DNA from: an uncultured Erysipelotrichaceae bacterium
Lineage (GTDB): Bacteria > Bacillota_I > Bacilli_A > Erysipelotrichales > Erysipelotrichaceae
Length of the DNA stretch: 7,619 bases
Assembly (NCBI GenBank): GCA_964457525.1
Contig: CAYWGS010000068.1
Location: 1-7,619, forward strand
Direction of reading: 5' to 3'
The notes under the pieces are model-generated. The model was not told the DNA's origin, did no database searches, and worked only from the letters and a program-made list of their open reading frames with translations. Positions 6,628 through 7,619 of this stretch are shown here, piece by piece. Made by a program: the position numbers and the translations under genes. Each line of letters begins with the position of its first letter. Position 1 is the stretch's first letter.

Positions 6628-6656
6628 ATTATAGGGTAATTTTTTAGGATAAACAA
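6628..6656 (-). promoter_or_regulatory. Sigma-A-type promoter driving the riboswitch and B12 operon
   Basis: On the minus strand: TTGTTT (6656-6651), a 17-nt spacer, then a perfect TATAAT (6633-6628). The predicted transcription start is a few nt before the start of the aptamer. Confidence 0.55.
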
Positions 6657-6697
6657 TGTAAATCATTGGATTAATTATGTGAAATATTTTGGATATT

Positions 6698-6706
6698 TGA
6701 TAGAAT
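6698..6706 (+). promoter_or_regulatory. Candidate extended -10 promoter for ispD
   Basis: TGATAGAAT (TG 6698-6699, TAGAAT 6701-6706) lies 22 nt upstream of the ispD ATG. RBS AGAGGA is at about 6718-6723. The -35 region is weak (TGTGAA at 6678-6683). Confidence 0.4.
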
Positions 6707-6728
6707 AGAGTAAATCAAGAGGAACTAT

Positions 6729-7370
6729 ATGAACTATTCGGTACTAATCGTAGCAGGTGGAAAAGGTCAACGGATGGGCTTAGGCTATAATAAAGTCTTT
6801 TATCCATTAAAAGATGGCATGACTGTTTTAGATATGACAGTTAAATTATTTGTAGATGATGCAAGATGTAAACAACTTGTTATCGTTACGAATCCACATG
6901 ATTTACATAAGGTTACACAAACACATGAAATGGGACGTATTGTGAATGTTGGTGGAGGCGCAACTCGCCAGGATTCTGTCTACAATGGATTAATGTGTGT
7001 TACTGAAGAGATTGTGTTGGTTCATGATGCAGCACGTCCGTACTGTACAATGGATTTGATTGATGAATTATTAAAGGCGATGGAAACCGAACAAGCTGCT
7101 TTCTTGGCAGTTGACGTTAAAGATACGGTTAAAGAAGTAAAAGATGGGTATGTTGTGAAGACCATCAACCGTGAATTTCTTAGAAATGCACAAACACCAC
7201 AAGCGTTTAAGACCAGTTTATTATTAGAATGTATACATCAAGCTCAAGAAGAAAACTTTAAGGCAACGGATGATGCACAACTCATTGAACGATATAGTAA
7301 TGTTCCTATTAAGGTAGTTAAGGGTTCCTACGATAATATTAAGATTACAACACCCGAAGATATTAAGTAA
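6729..7370 (+). CDS. ispD: 2-C-methyl-D-erythritol 4-phosphate cytidylyltransferase (IspD)
   Basis: Diagnostic IspD blocks are present: VAGGKGQRMG...NKVF, GGATRQDSVYNGL, VLVHDAARP, AVDVKDTVK, QTPQAF, TDDA and NIKITTPEDI. Over these blocks it is collinear with Bacillus-type IspD as recalled from memory. A related TarI-type ribitol-5-P cytidylyltransferase cannot be fully excluded without a search. Confidence 0.85.
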   Translation: MNYSVLIVAGGKGQRMGLGYNKVFYPLKDGMTVLDMTVKLFVDDARCKQLVIVTNPHDLHKVTQTHEMGRIVNVGGGATRQDSVYNGLMCVTEEIVLVHDAARPYCTMDLIDELLKAMETEQAAFLAVDVKDTVKEVKDGYVVKTINREFLRNAQTPQAFKTSLLLECIHQAQEENFKATDDAQLIERYSNVPIKVVKGSYDNIKITTPEDIK

Positions 7371-7375
7371 TTGGT

Positions 7376-7619
7376 ATGAAAAAGCTATTTCTTATTATAA
7401 GTATTCTTATCTTATCTGCTTGTTCAGAGACAAAAGTAGTGGAATCGTGTCGATATTCCATTATTGTTTCAAGTTTTCTACCTGAAGCAGATCAAACAAT
7501 CTGTCAAACGGTTTATGATTCGATTGATTCCGCTAAGTTTAATCGAACTATTGTAGTACAAAGAGAGTTTGATATCTTTTCTATTCATATACGATTTATG
7601 TTAAATGATGGGGTTGAAG
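7376..7619 (+). CDS. Putative lipoprotein, 5' partial (continues beyond the window)
   Basis: Not in the supplied ORF track because it lacks a stop. My own translation from the ATG at 7376 is open to the window end: MKKLFLIISILILSACSETKVVESCRYS... It has a classic type II signal peptide with lipobox L-S-A-C. The start is only 5 nt after the ispD stop. Confidence 0.65.
   Translation, partial: MKKLFLIISILILSACSETKVVESCRYSIIVSSFLPEADQTICQTVYDSIDSAKFNRTIVVQREFDIFSIHIRFMLNDGVE

Noticed and set aside
4901-6706. Identical 9-mer TGATAGAAT at 4901-4909 (minus) and 6698-6706 (plus) as a possible repeat or shared operator
   Set aside because: The shared sequence is simply an extended -10 promoter consensus (TGnTAnAAT) in an AT-rich genome, and the flanks do not match. 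It is interpreted as two independent promoters, not a repeat element.
1-7619. Mobile elements, CRISPR arrays, tRNA or rRNA genes, toxin-antitoxin or defence genes
   Set aside because: No direct repeat arrays, terminal inverted repeats, transposase- or integrase-like ORFs, or cloverleaf-like sequences were seen on either strand. All sizeable ORFs are accounted for by transport and metabolic genes.

Overview
Low-GC (roughly mid-30s % by eye) bacterial chromosomal window, Firmicutes-like. TGA is used as a stop codon, so this is the standard code rather than the mollicute code. No mobile elements, CRISPR arrays, rRNA or tRNA genes were seen.

The minus strand carries two transcription units. (1) A NatAB-like ABC-2 exporter pair, ATPase 1348-2262 and permease 114-1355, with its own TTGACA/TACAGT promoter and flanking terminators. 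(2) A vitamin-B12 module. It starts with a sigma-A-type promoter and a clearly recognisable cobalamin riboswitch (about 6471-6622, B12 box AGCCAGTAGACCTGCC) with terminator-type hairpins. Three tightly packed genes follow: a membrane-anchored DUF4430/transcobalamin-beta-like protein, a 6-TM ECF S-component-like protein (CbrT-like candidate), and a compact PduO-type ATP:cob(I)alamin adenosyltransferase. After an 82-nt spacer that contains its own extended -10 promoter comes the B12-dependent class II ribonucleotide reductase NrdJ.

The plus strand carries ispD (6729-7370), transcribed divergently from the riboswitch, and the 5' part of a lipoprotein gene that runs off the window.

The most interesting part is the riboswitch-controlled pair of an extracytoplasmic putative corrinoid binder and an orphan S-component. 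No ECF energising genes are visible. The pair is coupled to adenosylation (PduO) and to the consumer enzyme (NrdJ), and the layout appears to exempt nrdJ from B12 repression.
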